Made by a program: the position numbers and the translations under genes | The notes under the pieces: generated by a model | Databases searched by the model: none | Seen by the model: the letters and a program-made list of their open reading frames with translations, nothing else | Told to the model about the DNA's origin: nothing | In this document: positions 21,701 to 33,625 of the stretch, one piece after another | Layout of the letters: each line of letters starts with the position of its first letter | Position numbering within the stretch: position 1 is the stretch's first letter | Assembly: GCA_002269645.1 (NCBI GenBank) | Contig: NIVC01000006.1 | Location: 682,001-746,000 of the forward strand | Direction of reading: 5' to 3' | DNA: 64,000 nt | Origin: Macrostomum lignano | Taxonomy: Eukaryota

Positions 21701-23612
21701 TAAATCATCATTCAAAAACCATAAATCATCATTCAGAAACCATAAATCATCATTCAGAAACCATAAATCATCATTCAGAAACAAAAAATCATCATTCAGA
21801 AACCATAAATCATCATTCAGAAACCATAAATCATCATTCAGAAACCATAAATCATCATTCAGAAACAAAAAATCATCATTCAGAAACCATAAATCATTAC
21901 TCAGAAACCATAAATCATCATTCAAAAACCATAAATCATCATTCAGAAACCATAAATCATTACTCAGAAACCATAAATCATCATTCAAAAACCATAAATC
22001 ATCATTCAGAAACCATAAATCATCATTCAGAAACCATAAATCATCATTCAGAAACCATAAATCATCATTCAGAAACCATAAATCATCATTCAGAAACCAT
22101 AAATCATCATTCAGAAACAAAAAATCATCATTCAGAAACCATAAATCATTACTCAGAAACCATAAATCATCATTCAAAAACCATAAATCATCATTCAGAA
22201 ACCATAAATCATAATTCAGAAACCATAAATCATTACTCAGAAACCATAAATCATCATTCAAAAACCATAAATCATCATTCAGAAACCATAAATCATCATT
22301 CAGACGCCATAAATTATCCCCAAATCACCGCAGATAGCCAACAGTGTATTCCCGCCCAACGTGATTCCCAGCGAGCTGGACCTGAGTTTCCTAGAAAGCC
22401 CATACGCGGAGCGGGCCAAGGAGATGCCGGTGGTGAGTCGGGTTGCTATGCCGTGCGTCCTGTCCGATCCCGAGCGCCGTCTGGCCTCGATGGAATCTTA
22501 CAGCGGCTCGGGCAGCTCTGCGGAGGCCCAGCGCCAGGTGCTGGACTCGCTGCTCACTGGTGACCAGGCAGCTGTCCGATCTCACCTGCGGCCGGAGTTT
22601 CTCCTGCTGGCGCCGCCGCTGCACAGCGTCGGGATCGAGGACGAACTCGTGTGGATGTCGCCGACTGGCCTTGAGCACACCGCTCAGTGGGACGCCTCTA
22701 TGTGCCAGAGCGGCTCTTCCGGGGGTGAGTGACATTTGAAGGTCAAACTAGTTATTTTCTAAGCTGCTAAAATGCTACAGGTGTCGAATCTCACCCAACA
22801 TCACCTGAGAATCTCACCCAACCCCACCTGAGAATCTCACCCAACCCCATCTGAGAATCTCACCCAACCCCATCTGAGAATCTCACCCAACCTCGTCTAA
22901 TCTCACCCAACCCCACCTGTGAATCTCACCCAACCTCACCTGAGAATCTCACCCAACCCCTATCCTCCCAGCCGAGACCCGGAAGCTGATGGTGCGGGCC
23001 TTCAAGCAGACTCTGCAACAGTCGCAGATTCGCCAGCTAAACGAGGCCATCTCCCAGGATCCCAAGCTGATCAGCCTAAGCGGCATGTCTCCATCCCGGC
23101 TGCCCGAACTGGTTGAGCACAATCCCCTGGTTGCTATCGAGGTGCTGCTCACCCTGATGAAGGCCAGCTCGCCCCAAGTCACGGACTATTTCTCTGTCCT
23201 AGTGAACATGGAGATGTCCCTGCACAGCATGGAGGTTGTCAACCGCCTGACAACCAGTGTTGAACTGCCTGCGGAGTTCATCCACCTGTACATCAGCAAC
23301 TGCATATCGTCGTGCGAGTCAACCAAGGACAAGTACATGCAGAACAGGCTGGTCAGGCTGGTGTGCGTGTTCCTGCAGTCGCTGATCCGCAATAAGATTA
23401 TTGACGTCAAGAATATCTACATCGAGGTGCAGGCTTTCTGCATCGAGTTCAACCGCATCCGGGAGGCTGCTGGCCTGTTCCGGCTGCTAAAATCCTTGGA
23501 GTCCAGCGATGGCAGCGTCGACTCCGCCGCCGCTTCTGCCGCTCTGGCTGCTGGCGGCGGCGGCCCGGGTTCGAATCCGCCTAGCGCCGCCACCACGCCT
23601 TCGAAGCCGTAG
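15758..23612 (+). CDS. CNOT11: CCR4-NOT complex subunit 11 (C2orf29 / DUF2363), 483 aa
   Basis: Exons 15758-15795, 19201-19306, 19678-19953, 22334-22724, 22972-23612 total 1452 nt, all in frame. N-terminus [12 protein letters not shown]...TFE...[23 protein letters not shown] and C-terminus [16 protein letters not shown]...[59 protein letters not shown] match the recognisable CNOT11 sequence. Confidence 0.95.
16940..17592. mobile_element. MITE (653 bp) with 8-bp TSD (hAT-like), CNOT11 intron 1
   Basis: 16-bp TIR CCATAGTGCGGAAGGA...TCCTTCCGCACTATGG; TSD CCTAGGCC at 16932-16939 and 17593-17600; subterminal GTA(C/T)GACA motifs. Confidence 0.8.
18124..18420. mobile_element. hAT-like MITE family A, copy 1 (297 bp)
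   Basis: TIR CATACATGCGCAAC / GTTGCGCATGTGTG; 8-bp TSD TGTAGCCT at 18116-18123 and 18421-18428. Confidence 0.85.
18514..18759. mobile_element. hAT-like MITE family A, copy 2 (246 bp, opposite orientation)
   Basis: Perfect 14-bp TIR CATACATGCGCAAC...GTTGCGCATGTATG; TSD AGCAAGAC at 18506-18513 and 18760-18767; internal sequence is the reverse complement of copy 1. Confidence 0.88.
19375..19622. repeat. Purine/G-rich simple repeat (GAAGGGAGGTGGGT-like), CNOT11 intron 2
   Basis: Directly visible tandem units. Confidence 0.85.
20030..22312. repeat. 21-bp minisatellite AAATCATCATTCAGAAACCAT, about 108 copies, filling CNOT11 intron 3
   Basis: Directly visible; produces the spurious (NDDLWFL)n ORFs. 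Confidence 0.97.
22790..22960. repeat. ~20-bp repeat TGAGAATCTCACCCAACCCC, CNOT11 intron 4
   Basis: About 8 units visible. Confidence 0.85.
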
Positions 23613-23699
23613 GCTGTATGTTTGGGGGACTCTGGGCGGAACATGTTTTTTTGTTGTTTATTATTTCACTTACCTAGCAAAACCTATAGGCCATAATAA

Positions 23700-24535
23700 T
23701 AAGCTAAGCCATTCTAAGAATCTTCCTATAAATAAAACATTTTCTAATCGTCTCAACGAGCCATTTTCTAAGAATCGTCCCAATTAACTATTTTCTAAGA
23801 GTCGTCCTATAAACAGATTTCTAAGAATTATCCCAATCTGCCATTTTCCAAAAATCTTCCTATAAGCCAGTTTCTAAGAATCGTCCTATAAACAGTTTTC
23901 TAGGAATCGCTCTATAAACAGATTTCTAAGAATTATCCCAATCTGCCATTTTCCAAAAATCTTCCTATAAGCCAGTTTCTAAGAATCGTCCTATAAACAG
24001 TTTTCTAGGAATCGCTCTATAAACCGATTTCTAAGAATCGCTCTATAAGCTAGTTTCTAAGAATCTTCCTATAGGCCATTTTCTGAAAATCGCTCTATAA
24101 GCCAGTTTCTAAGAATCTTCCTATAGGCCATTTTCTAAGAATCGCTTTATAAGCCAGTTTCTAAGAATCTTCCTATCGGCCATTTTCTAAGAATCGCTTT
24201 ATAAGCCAGTTTCTAAGAATCTTCCTATCGGCCATTTTCTAAGAATCGCTTTATAAGCCAGTTTCTAAGAATCTTCCTATCGGCCATTTTCTAAGAATCG
24301 CTTTATAAGCCAGTTTCTAAGAATCTTCCTATCGGCCATTTTCTAAGAATCGCTTTATAAGCCAGTTTCTAAGAATCTTCCTATCGGCCATTTTCTAAGA
24401 ATCGCTTTATAAGCCAGTTTCTAAGAATCTTCCTATAGGCCATTTTCTAAGAATCGCTTTATAAGCCAGTTTCTAAGGATCGTCTTATCAACAGTTTTCT
24501 AAGAATCGCTCTATAAAAAATTTCTAAGAATCGTC
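23700..24535. repeat. 26-bp monomer / 52-bp dimer minisatellite with TTTCTAAGAATC core
   Basis: Alternating AAGCCAGTTTCTAAGAATCTTCCTAT and CGGCCATTTTCTAAGAATCGCTTTAT units in the central part. Confidence 0.9.
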
Positions 24536-25051
24536 CCTTGAGTTTCGAGTTGAAGTATCTCTGTTGTTTTCTCTGCTTTTGCATCTGTTAATGTTTGAGT
24601 TCAAAACCCCTGAATTAAAATGCATGTACCTGACACGGCATTTTGTAAGCATCTAGATACTTGAAGTAGTTAAGGTGTAACTAGGCTGTTAGTAATATTA
24701 ATTAATTGTTATGATAGGTTCTGTCGTTCTATTTACTGCTTGACTTCTTTGCATTGCTGATTTGTATTTCTGAATGATAATAACGTTAAAACTTCTTCTA
24801 GTTTTACCCGTGTTCAACTAACTGTCTGTCTAAAATCTTGTTGTCTATTGCCCCATCCTGACTGTTGATATATACTCCTTAGTACGAGTATTTTATAAGG
24901 AAAATTTAAAATAAACAATAAATCATCAGTGCAACATTGAGATTTGTTTGTGTACATCTCCCTTATCGCCTCTAGTGTTTGTGAAATCCTTATGAATATT
25001 TTTATTGTCGATTGTTTCTATCTAAAAAAAATTAACTTGGTGTGCCATCTA

Positions 25052-25565
25052 AGGGTGAGATTTAGGTTTGAGGCTGTACTATCTATCTCGGGATGAGATT
25101 TAGGTTTGAGGCTGTGCTATCTATCTCGGGATGAGATTTAGGTTTGAGGCTGTGCTATCTATCTCGGGATGAGATTTAGGTTTGAGGCTGTACTATCTAT
25201 CTCGGGATGAGATTTAGGTTTGAGGCTGTACTATCTATCTCAGGGTGAGATTTAGGTTTGAGGCTGTGCTATCTATCTCGGGATGAGATTTAGGTTTGAG
25301 GCTGTACTATCTATCTCAGGGTGAGATTTAGGTTTGAGGCTGTGCTATCTATCTCAGGGTGAGATTTAGGTTTGAGGCTGTACTATCTATCTCAGGGTGA
25401 GATTTCTGTTTGAGTCTGTACTATCTCAGGGTGAGACTTCTGTTTGAGGCTGTGCTATCTATCTCAGGGTGAGATTTCGGTTTGAGGCTGTACTATCTAT
25501 CTCAGGGTGAGACTTCTGTTTGAGTCTGTACTATCTCAGGGTGAGACTTCCATTTGAGGTTGTTC
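25052..25565. repeat. 38-bp minisatellite GGATGAGATTTAGGTTTGAGGCTGT(A/G)CTATCTATCTCG
   Basis: About 13 units visible. Confidence 0.92.
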
Positions 25566-26234
25566 TATTCCAGATTTAAATCGTCTTTTGAAATCAATGT
25601 GATACGTATAGAAATAATTTCTTTTTGTGATTGTTGTGTGATTTTGAATCTTGTTGATTTAATAGAGATTTTCTGCTTTGAGTCTTTAAGTCTCATCAAT
25701 TATTTCTCACGTGCTACGTGACAAGCGCTGGGAAAGAAATCAACAAGTGCCAATTCAATAATTCACTGAGACGGACTTTTACGAGTTGAGACCTCAACTA
25801 GGCATTAAAACGTAATAAAAAATAATTTCTCAGCGAACGTGGGGCTCCAAGCAATGCGCGGTAGCGCGAAACATAAAAATATCCTTACAAATTGTGGACT
25901 TCTGTAATAGAACTGGAATGCTTGGTGGACAGTCTAAAAACAATTGCTCTAATAGAACGCTCTGGCAGTTTAGTTCAAAATGTTGGTTTAGCCGCTTGGC
26001 TGAGGCATTGGGGTTGGAAATGACGTAAAAAAACATTTTTTAGGAGCTTTAGAACTTATAGTGGTGATATTTTTCGGATTTTTTCTCAATAAATTCATTT
26101 GTGTTCTGTGTTAACTGGATCTTTATTTGCAATGATGCGATGCTTAGGGACCAGGGGGTGTCTAAAACCACCTGAATTGCCCATGAGCGACAGGTGTAGA
26201 ATTATAGGGTTTAGCTATCAGCTAATCAGCTAAC

Positions 26235-26882
26235 ATCTGAAGATTTAGCCATCAACCCACACCTGAAGGTTTAGCCGTCAGCCCACACCTGAAGGTTCAG
26301 TCATCAACCCACACCTGAAGGTTTAGCCGTCAGCCCACACCTGAAGATTTAGCCATCAGCCCACACCTGAAGGATCTTAGGGTTCAGCCATCAACCCACA
26401 CCTGAAGATTTAGCCATCAGCCCACACCTGAAGGATCTTAGGGTTCAGCCATCAACCCACACCTGAAGATTTAGCCATCAACCCACACCTGAAGATTTAG
26501 CCATCAACCCACACCTGAAGATTTAGCCATCAACACACACCTGAGGTTCAACCATCGAACCACATCTGAAGGTTCAGCCATCGACCCACATCTGAAGGTT
26601 CAGCCATCGACCCACATCTGAAGGTTCAGCCATCAACCCACACCTGAAGGTTCAGCCATCAACCCACACCTGAAGGTTTAGCCATCAGCCAACACCTGAA
26701 GATTTAGCCATCAGCCCACATCTGAAGGTTTAGCCATCAGCCCAAACCTGAGGTTCAACCATCGAACCACATCTGAAGGTTCAGCCATCGACCCACATCT
26801 GAAGGTTTAGCCATCAGCCCAAACCTGAGGTTCAGCCATCAGCCCGCGCCTGAAGGTTTAGCCATCAACCCACACCTGAAGG
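26235..26882. repeat. 26-bp minisatellite GATTTAGCCATCAACCCACACCTGAA
   Basis: About 24 units visible. Confidence 0.92.
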
Positions 26883-26936
26883 AGCATACAAACAAAAACG
26901 AATTGGCACAGTTTCGCTTGCACAGCCAGTCGGCAG

Positions 26937-28611
26937 TCACACAGCCCTGGCGGACAGCAGCAAGCTGGGATCCAGAGCTCGGCAGAACACCCTCCGAAAC
27001 AGGCGAGCCTCCGCCGAGTTCAAATTGTATGGCGCCTCGGTGGTGTACAGCCGCTCAGTCACCGACGGCATCCGGCCAAATCGACCGCCGGCCGAGGCGG
27101 CGGCTGCGGCGGCGGCTGCCACCCCGGCAAAGTCCGGCCCGGCCCTGGCCTGAATGTCGCGGCCTTTGGCGACAAGGGGGCGGCGATCCCGGCACAGGCC
27201 GCTCAGGCCCGTCAGCTGCACTCGGCGGCGGGCGGCGGTCGGTGTCGCCTCGGGCACCGGCACTGGCGGCATCGCGGCTGAGTCCACGCCTTTGGGCGGG
27301 GGGAGGAATGGGTAACCGATTGGGATCAATAACATACATGTAATGGGATTAATAACATAATATCGTCAAAAACACAGTGAGATCAATAACAGAATGGGGA
27401 TCAATAAACTTCTAGGGATTAATAATCTACTGGGGATCAATAACATATGGGATCAATAATCTACTGGGATCAATAACATAAGGGGATTAATAAACTTATT
27501 GGGATCAATAATTAAATCTGTTGATATCAATAAATCAATTGGGATCAATAAATCAATTGGGATCAATAAATCTATTGGGATCAATAAATCTATTGGGATC
27601 AATAAATCAATTGGGATCAATAATCGATCGAACGTATCCCTATCTCTCTCTCACCCTTCAACGCAGCCGGAACGTCAAAATCCCAGCCTTCAGCAGCAGC
27701 TGCTGGGCCGACTCCGTTGCTCCTCTGCTGCTGCACCGCGGCCCGCCTCTCATCGTCTCCGTTGTCGCCATAGTCTGAGCCGGTCGCCTCCGCGGCGGCC
27801 GCAATTCCCTCCAGAGCCGCCCGACGGTGCTGCATGGCCGCCTCCAGCCCGGGTTCCACTCCAGCTCCGGCGACGCCGGCAGTGGCGCCCGAACGCATGG
27901 CCTGCAGTTCGCGCTCCTTCTGCTGCTCGAGCAGCACGCAGCGGGTCAGCTCTGACTGGCGAGCGCGCATTCGCGACATTGCGGAGTCGTAGGTGCTGTG
28001 CGTCAGCATCGAGGCGCTGGCGGCGTCCGCGTCCACTGTGCGGCCCGGTCGGGACGCCTGCGGCGGATTGTTGGGTTGGTAATTGGCCAACATCTTTTTG
28101 AGCAGTTTGAATTTGTAGGTAATTAGATCATCCTTGAGTAGTTTGAGTGAGTAGGTAATTAGATCATCCTTGAGTAGTTTGAGTGAGTAGGTAATTAGAT
28201 CGCATTGAGTAGTTTAGGTGAGTAGGTAATTACACCATCCTTGAGTAGTTTGAGTGAGTAGGTAATTACTTCATCCTTGAGTAGTTTGGTTAATTGGAAA
28301 GCTGACCATTGGGTTTGCCAGCAAGGAAGATCATTTAGGTTTAGTGAATGCAGCTCAACTCTGACTTATCGCTCACCAACTCGCTGGATTCCGCCGTGAA
28401 GCACCGCCTTCCATTGCCATTCTTCAGTATTGATCTGCAGGTGCTCTGCTCAACTGTGGCAGCCTGCATGGTGCGGTCCTGGCTCGCCGCTGTGCCCTGC
28501 TGCTGCTGCTGCTGCTTGAGCAACTGAGTTTGTTCAAATGACAGAGCAGCCCTAATCTCGTTATCGGTGTAAGCTGCGGAGCGATTGTCAAGTATTGGTG
28601 ATATTGGCTTA
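26937..28611 (-). CDS. Three in-frame exons of an uncharacterised low-complexity protein (5' part unresolved; may be the 3' half of the gene at 28918-30104)
   Basis: Exons 28611-28377, 28093-27655, 27289-26937 join via GT-AG in frame (phases 0,1). GC-rich coding-like composition; contains RSILK and a coiled-coil-like LLEQQKERELQAM stretch. No family recognised. Confidence 0.6.
27320..27625. repeat. GGGATCAATAA-core degenerate repeat (intron)
   Basis: Directly visible. Confidence 0.8.
28100..28290. repeat. 36-bp repeat GTAGGTAATTAGATCATCCTTGAGTAGTTTGAGTGA (intron)
   Basis: About 5 units visible. Confidence 0.85.
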
Positions 28612-28917
28612 CTGGCGAAACTTAATCAACAGGTAAATAATAAGGATCAATAGCAGTTGATTCAAGAAAAGCTAGCAATAATCAACAATCTCCCATTAGG
28701 CACCAGTGCACTTGGAGGATTTGTTCAGTTGATAAACTGCTAGAGAGCAAGGACACGAAATTTGTCACCCAAGGGGCTTGGGTTGCCGTGAGATTCTCAG
28801 CTATGATGGTCAACCCCAATGCTCAGCTCAGAAAGAAAACATGAAAAATTAGGCACAATCGGTAGACCCTTTATCGTTGAAGAGAACAGGTAAACCCTAT
28901 GGTGATTGGTTCCATTG

Positions 28918-30104
28918 CTATCTGGCGATTTTTGTTTTTATTGATCGATTCAGTTGGAAATGAGAATTAGTTCGCCAATAGTGGAGATAGTCCTGGATGG
29001 ATAGGGTCCTGGATAGGGACAGCTCCGAGCAGTCGATGAGAAGAGGCTGTTTCGGAATCACTTTATTTGGGCCGCTCATGAGAAGATGCCCTTGGACACA
29101 GGATGTGTGAAGGTCCTTCACAACTTGGCGGAGCGGCTGAGGATGGTCTTGGTGCAGCTGAATGTTTTGCAGGTAGGAGTGGAGGCTGAGGAAGTGGTGA
29201 GCAGAGGAGGAGAGCGAAGGAGCGGATGAGGAGCCCCTCAAGAGCCTCAAGATGCGATAGTCGGACGCGTTGTCGTTGAGTTCCCCTGCCTTTTTTCAAT
29301 CCATACACAAGAAGTACTCAGAGAAGTTCAATCGGGATGCTCACCGGTGGCGGCCTCGTCTCCGGAGAAAATCCGATAGCCAGCTGTTGACGTCATCTCG
29401 CCCTCGATGATCCCGCAGCTGTCGCTGACGCTGCTGCCGCGAGTGTCAACAGCTCGGCGCTGCTGCATCAGCGAGCTGGAGCTGCCTCTCCTGGCGGCGG
29501 CAATGATCGACTCGGTGCACGCCTCGTCCGCGTCCTCGGCCTCAGCCTCCTCGTTGGCTTCCTCATCGTCTTCATCCTCGAGAGTTTCCTCGTCATCGGC
29601 CGATGACTCCTCTTCATCAACTTCGGCTTCTTCGCTCTGTTCCTCCTCCTCCTCCTCCTCCTCGTCCTCCTCCTGAATGTCCGGAGCAAAGCTCACCCGA
29701 TCGCCGCCACCGCTGGACAGCAGCGCCGCCGCGGCCTCCTCAACATCCTCGTCTGGCTCGCCGGCCTCGCAGAGAATCGCCCGCATCCGCTGGTAGATGG
29801 CCCGGTCCATCGAGCGCCTGCGTCTGGGCAGATAAGGCGGAGGCTGCGGCGGAGTTCTGATGGTGCACGAGGTCAGAGAGTCGATCATGAGCGGATCGGG
29901 AGACTGCCGGTCCGGCGACTGCGATTTTATTGGCTGCTCCTGCTGCTCCTGTTGCTCCTGCTCCTGAGACTGTACAAGCCTGTGAAACTCCTCGCAAGGA
30001 ATCCTCAGCAGGTGATAGCCCCGACGACATGCCTGATTAGAGTCCACCTCGTACGAGGCCAACTGAAACTGCTGCAGATCACTGCTAAGATAATTAGTTG
30101 ACAT
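28918..30104 (-). CDS. Uncharacterised acidic, low-complexity protein with an RVSF (RVxF-like) motif; about 375 aa if it ends at 28918
   Basis: Exon 30104-29345 joins exon 29285-28918 through a short GT-AG intron in phase 1. Poly-Glu tract present. Confidence 0.6.
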
Positions 30105-31134
30105 CACGGTGGCTAGCAATGTTTGATAGAAACAAATTATTTTTGGTGAGAGACTATGCCATTTTGAGACTAATAAAGAGACACCACAGGGTCGTTACGA
30201 GCTCAAATTGATTGATGATGACGCCATAGACAAGTGGCTTACCGTCTTTGCGATCTAGCTTGAGCAGCGGGCAATTATAGTTAGACGCTTGTGAAACCTG
30301 GTTAAGTTAGCTCGTAGACATGAGGCAGTCAATTCTGACAATTGTCTTGCTGCTTTTAAACCGTTTATTCGCTATTAGGCAAGAGACACTCTCATAGTTA
30401 TCCTTGCATACAGCGAATGGGTCCTTAGTCTTTCTGCGTTGTGCGGTCTGTATTTTTTGACGAGGAAGTATAGAGCCATGGAGGGCATGAGTTTATCTAT
30501 TGTTATGTCCAAATTCGGCTGCCCCTGTCTAACCTGATTTCTAATCGGTGTCATTTTGTCTATGGCCTTAGTCTATGGATTCCTGGCTGAGCCCCAGATG
30601 ATGAGACCATAGGACTGTCATCTCCTCCATCCGACCCATAGCATATCTTCAAACAATTGACATTGTCCTACAGCCAGAGCTGACGGCAAGTCTGCACATT
30701 TCGCTCACTCCTGAACACAGGATGTACAGCAGCCCTGACTTTCAACTTATTAAATTCATTGTGAAAGCGCAAAAGAGTTAAAAGGGTCAGGATTTTCATC
30801 TGCAGAAGGCGGCTGTACTTCTTGTACTCGTATCAAAGCTACGAGGCTTCTTTTAGTAGTTGCTATGGTTTTTATGTTCTTTTTTCTACAAATTTTCACG
30901 CTCATGTTAGACTTTATATCGTTCTCTAACTGTTTCAAGGACGACTATCTGGGACGACGAAAATATCTGGGGCTCGTGCTAAATGCAAATCAGCTTCATC
31001 TTCTAAAGATTAGTATTAAACATGCTGGACTATGAAATATATTTTTTAGCATTGCATACACTGTAGATAGCGATTGGCTCATATGGTGATTTAAGATTAT
31101 TGATAATAATAATAATAATTGATTACACCTGCCC

Positions 31135-31365
31135 CAACGGGCAGATGTGCAACCGACAGCTCAGCCGCAGCTATTGCACGGCGCATCTGAAGGCTGCGTA
31201 CGGCTCCAGGGACTGGGGGGTCGCCACACACATCCTCAATTACCCCAGCTAATGAACTGAAGCAATGCAGAGTTGAGTCTTACTCAAGGACAAAAATCGT
31301 TCTGTGGGATCGGGAATCGAACCCCCAACCTTCAAGTCGCGAGTCCAACCCGCTGACCACTAGGT
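31135..31365 (-). mobile_element. tRNA-derived CORE-like SINE copy
   Basis: Reverse complement has tRNA-like head CCTAGTGGTCAGCGGGTTGGACTCGCGAC...GGGGTTCGATTCCC, then GTCCTTGAGTAAGACTCAACTC and the same tail as the other two copies. Confidence 0.8.
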
Positions 31366-31637
31366 TATAGATTATTTCTGGCTGCTATAGTCACGGGACC
31401 ATAGTTTTTGTGTTTTGTATTGGTATTGTGGTTCCCTTAACTTTGTCAAAACTGATGAATTTACTATCATGCGAGCATACAGATGCGCATGATTCTCAAG
31501 CTATCTATAGAGCCGTGATCAGCAACCCAGAACAGTCTATGGACAAAGCGCCCAGTCAAGACTGCCAAGTCTGCAAGCTTTCCCCTATTTGACAGCTAAA
31601 AGTGGCAGTTGTTGCGTAGCAGCGGCCCTCGTCATTC

Positions 31638-32366
31638 ATGCCGGCAGACTCCCTGACTGTCAGACTGCAGCTGGACGAATCCGAGTCAAGCGTCGGCATG
31701 CCAACAGCCGAGCCGATCCTCATCAAGCTGCTGTGCAGCACTAAGCAGACAGACAGCGCTGAAGACCACGCTGACGGCAACAGCAGCTGCGGGGACTGCA
31801 GCAGCCGGTGCAGCAGCAACCATAACAACAACAACAGCGGCAACTCCCGCGCCACCAACAGGTCCTCGGCAGCTGGAGACGCCAGCAGGAGCAGCAGCTT
31901 GGCGGTGCAGAAGCGGCTGCAAAATGAGCAGCTTCGCCAGGACCTGGCCAAGCAGCTCGACACTCGACTGCACGACATCGGCGGGCCGATCAGCGCCGAG
32001 TGGTCAGCCATCAAGCAGTTCGTCAGCTCGGAGATTCAAGCCAACCTTGGCAACAAGCTCCGGTCGGATGTCGAGTCCCTCATGGAACATCCGCATCTCC
32101 GCAAGATGGTGCGAGAGCTGCAGGCGGAGCGGCCGGAGTCCGCGACTCAGACAGACATGCTGGACCGGATGACGGCGTCGCTGTTGCCGAAAGTCCGACG
32201 AAATCATCGACAGTTTCTAGACAGATTGAACCGGCGCGTCTCCCAGATGCTGGTGCAGCTCATGCACAATGACCAGATGGTGACCGTCATTGATGATGAA
32301 CAGCTCATTAACGATCTGTTCAAGCTGTCCTCCGGCAGCGACGAGGACACTTCGAGGACTGCTTGA
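31638..32366 (+). CDS. Uncharacterised 242-aa protein (Ser/Asn-rich N-part, helical C-part), single ORF
   Basis: Uninterrupted GC-rich ORF in AT-rich surroundings; possible acceptor TTTGACAG just upstream. No family recognised. Confidence 0.6.
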   Translation: MPADSLTVRLQLDESESSVGMPTAEPILIKLLCSTKQTDSAEDHADGNSSCGDCSSRCSSNHNNNNSGNSRATNRSSAAGDASRSSSLAVQKRLQNEQLRQDLAKQLDTRLHDIGGPISAEWSAIKQFVSSEIQANLGNKLRSDVESLMEHPHLRKMVRELQAERPESATQTDMLDRMTASLLPKVRRNHRQFLDRLNRRVSQMLVQLMHNDQMVTVIDDEQLINDLFKLSSGSDEDTSRTA

Positions 32367-33357
32367 GGCGCGCTGAACTTATACAGCATCAGCTTAAACT
32401 ATAGTCAGAGTACTGAGCTCAATTTTCGATCGTAAGTCATCAAAAACAAACGCGTTACTGATTTGGTCGTGCTGAATTCAATAAAAATCAAATTCAAATT
32501 CATGCCCAACGTCGATAAACAAGTACACGCAGAGAAGTCTGTTAGTAATACAATTTTTTTGCGTGTTTTAAGGCAGTTATTATTTGTTTTACCAATATTC
32601 TTCGTTGGCGCTAATTTGAATCGCATTTATTTAACTACCGGTTCTGAGTGAACCAAGAGGCCAGAAACTAATGCAGGCAAATATTTCAAATTTAGCATTT
32701 TGTTTGTTTACCTTGACTTTATTTATCGCATCAAAATGGTTCGGTCTTATTGAAATATCTACATAACTGTCCATCCTCGATAGCAGATCAGTGACTTTTC
32801 CATCCGGTATGTAGCTTTTCATTCGACACTCGTCGTTGATTGGCTGATCCAAAGTCGCCAGACGTACAGTTGACCCGCAAGCGAACTTATTTACGACCCA
32901 AATAAATGTAACCCAATTACCAGTTGCTAAATAGCCGGCCTTGTCAGTCGCGATAGGTTTAGAATTTGTTTCTGAAAAAGCCTCGTAATGAAAAGTTTAC
33001 GACATTTATCTCATATTATATTTCGGATAAGAAGGTTTGTCTTTGTTATACTTTTTCTTTGTTACACGTAGCTTTTCATTGGCATTGAAACTCGTTTTGG
33101 GACGAAAAATTTCTGATTTTGAAACTTTTTCACTTTTTCCAACCTCTACTTTTATTTAAACTCTTCAATAATAACAAAAAACTTTGTTTTAAATAGTAAA
33201 CGATCGAATATCCATATGTGAACAATATTTTTGCAAGTCTAAATTCGTTTAATCTTGAAGTTCATTCCCTGACGATACGAAACTGGTGTAATTATAAACA
33301 GAAAAACATATATACTTTATTTAACGTGTATACTTTATTTTCAATAAATAATAGTTA

Positions 33358-33625
33358 GAGGTTGTATGCAGCCTTGTGGTTAAGAGCGTGGGACTCAAGA
33401 CTAAAAGGTCGGGGGTTCGATTTTCGATCACTCTGAACAATTTGTGTCCTTGAGCAAGACACTTAACTCTGCATTGCTTCAGTTCACCCAGCTGTAAAAT
33501 GGGTGCCAGCTTTAGCTGGGGTAGTTGAGGGTGTGTGTGGCGACCCCCCAGTCCTTGGACTGAACAGCCGTACGCAGCCTTCAGATGCCAATAGCTGCGG
33601 CTGAGCTGTCGGTTGCACATCTACC
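33358..33625 (+). mobile_element. tRNA-derived CORE-like SINE (most intact copy)
   Basis: A-box-like GCCTTGTGGTTAAGAGCG, B-box GGTTCGATT, then GTGTCCTTGAGCAAGACACTTAAC...CAGCTGTAAAATGGG resembling the MIR/CORE central domain. Confidence 0.8.

Noticed and set aside
20789-22261. 490-aa ORF (NDDLWFL)n
   Set aside because: Translation of a stop-free 21-bp minisatellite lying antisense within CNOT11 intron 3.
33268-33295. Minimal hammerhead ribozyme-like CTGACGA-TAC-GAAAC
   Set aside because: The core words are present but I could not find a stem I pairing. A similar CTGATGA at about 14406 is not conserved in the other repeat copies.
33358-33430. tRNA gene
   Set aside because: Only A/B boxes, no full cloverleaf, and it continues into the SINE body.
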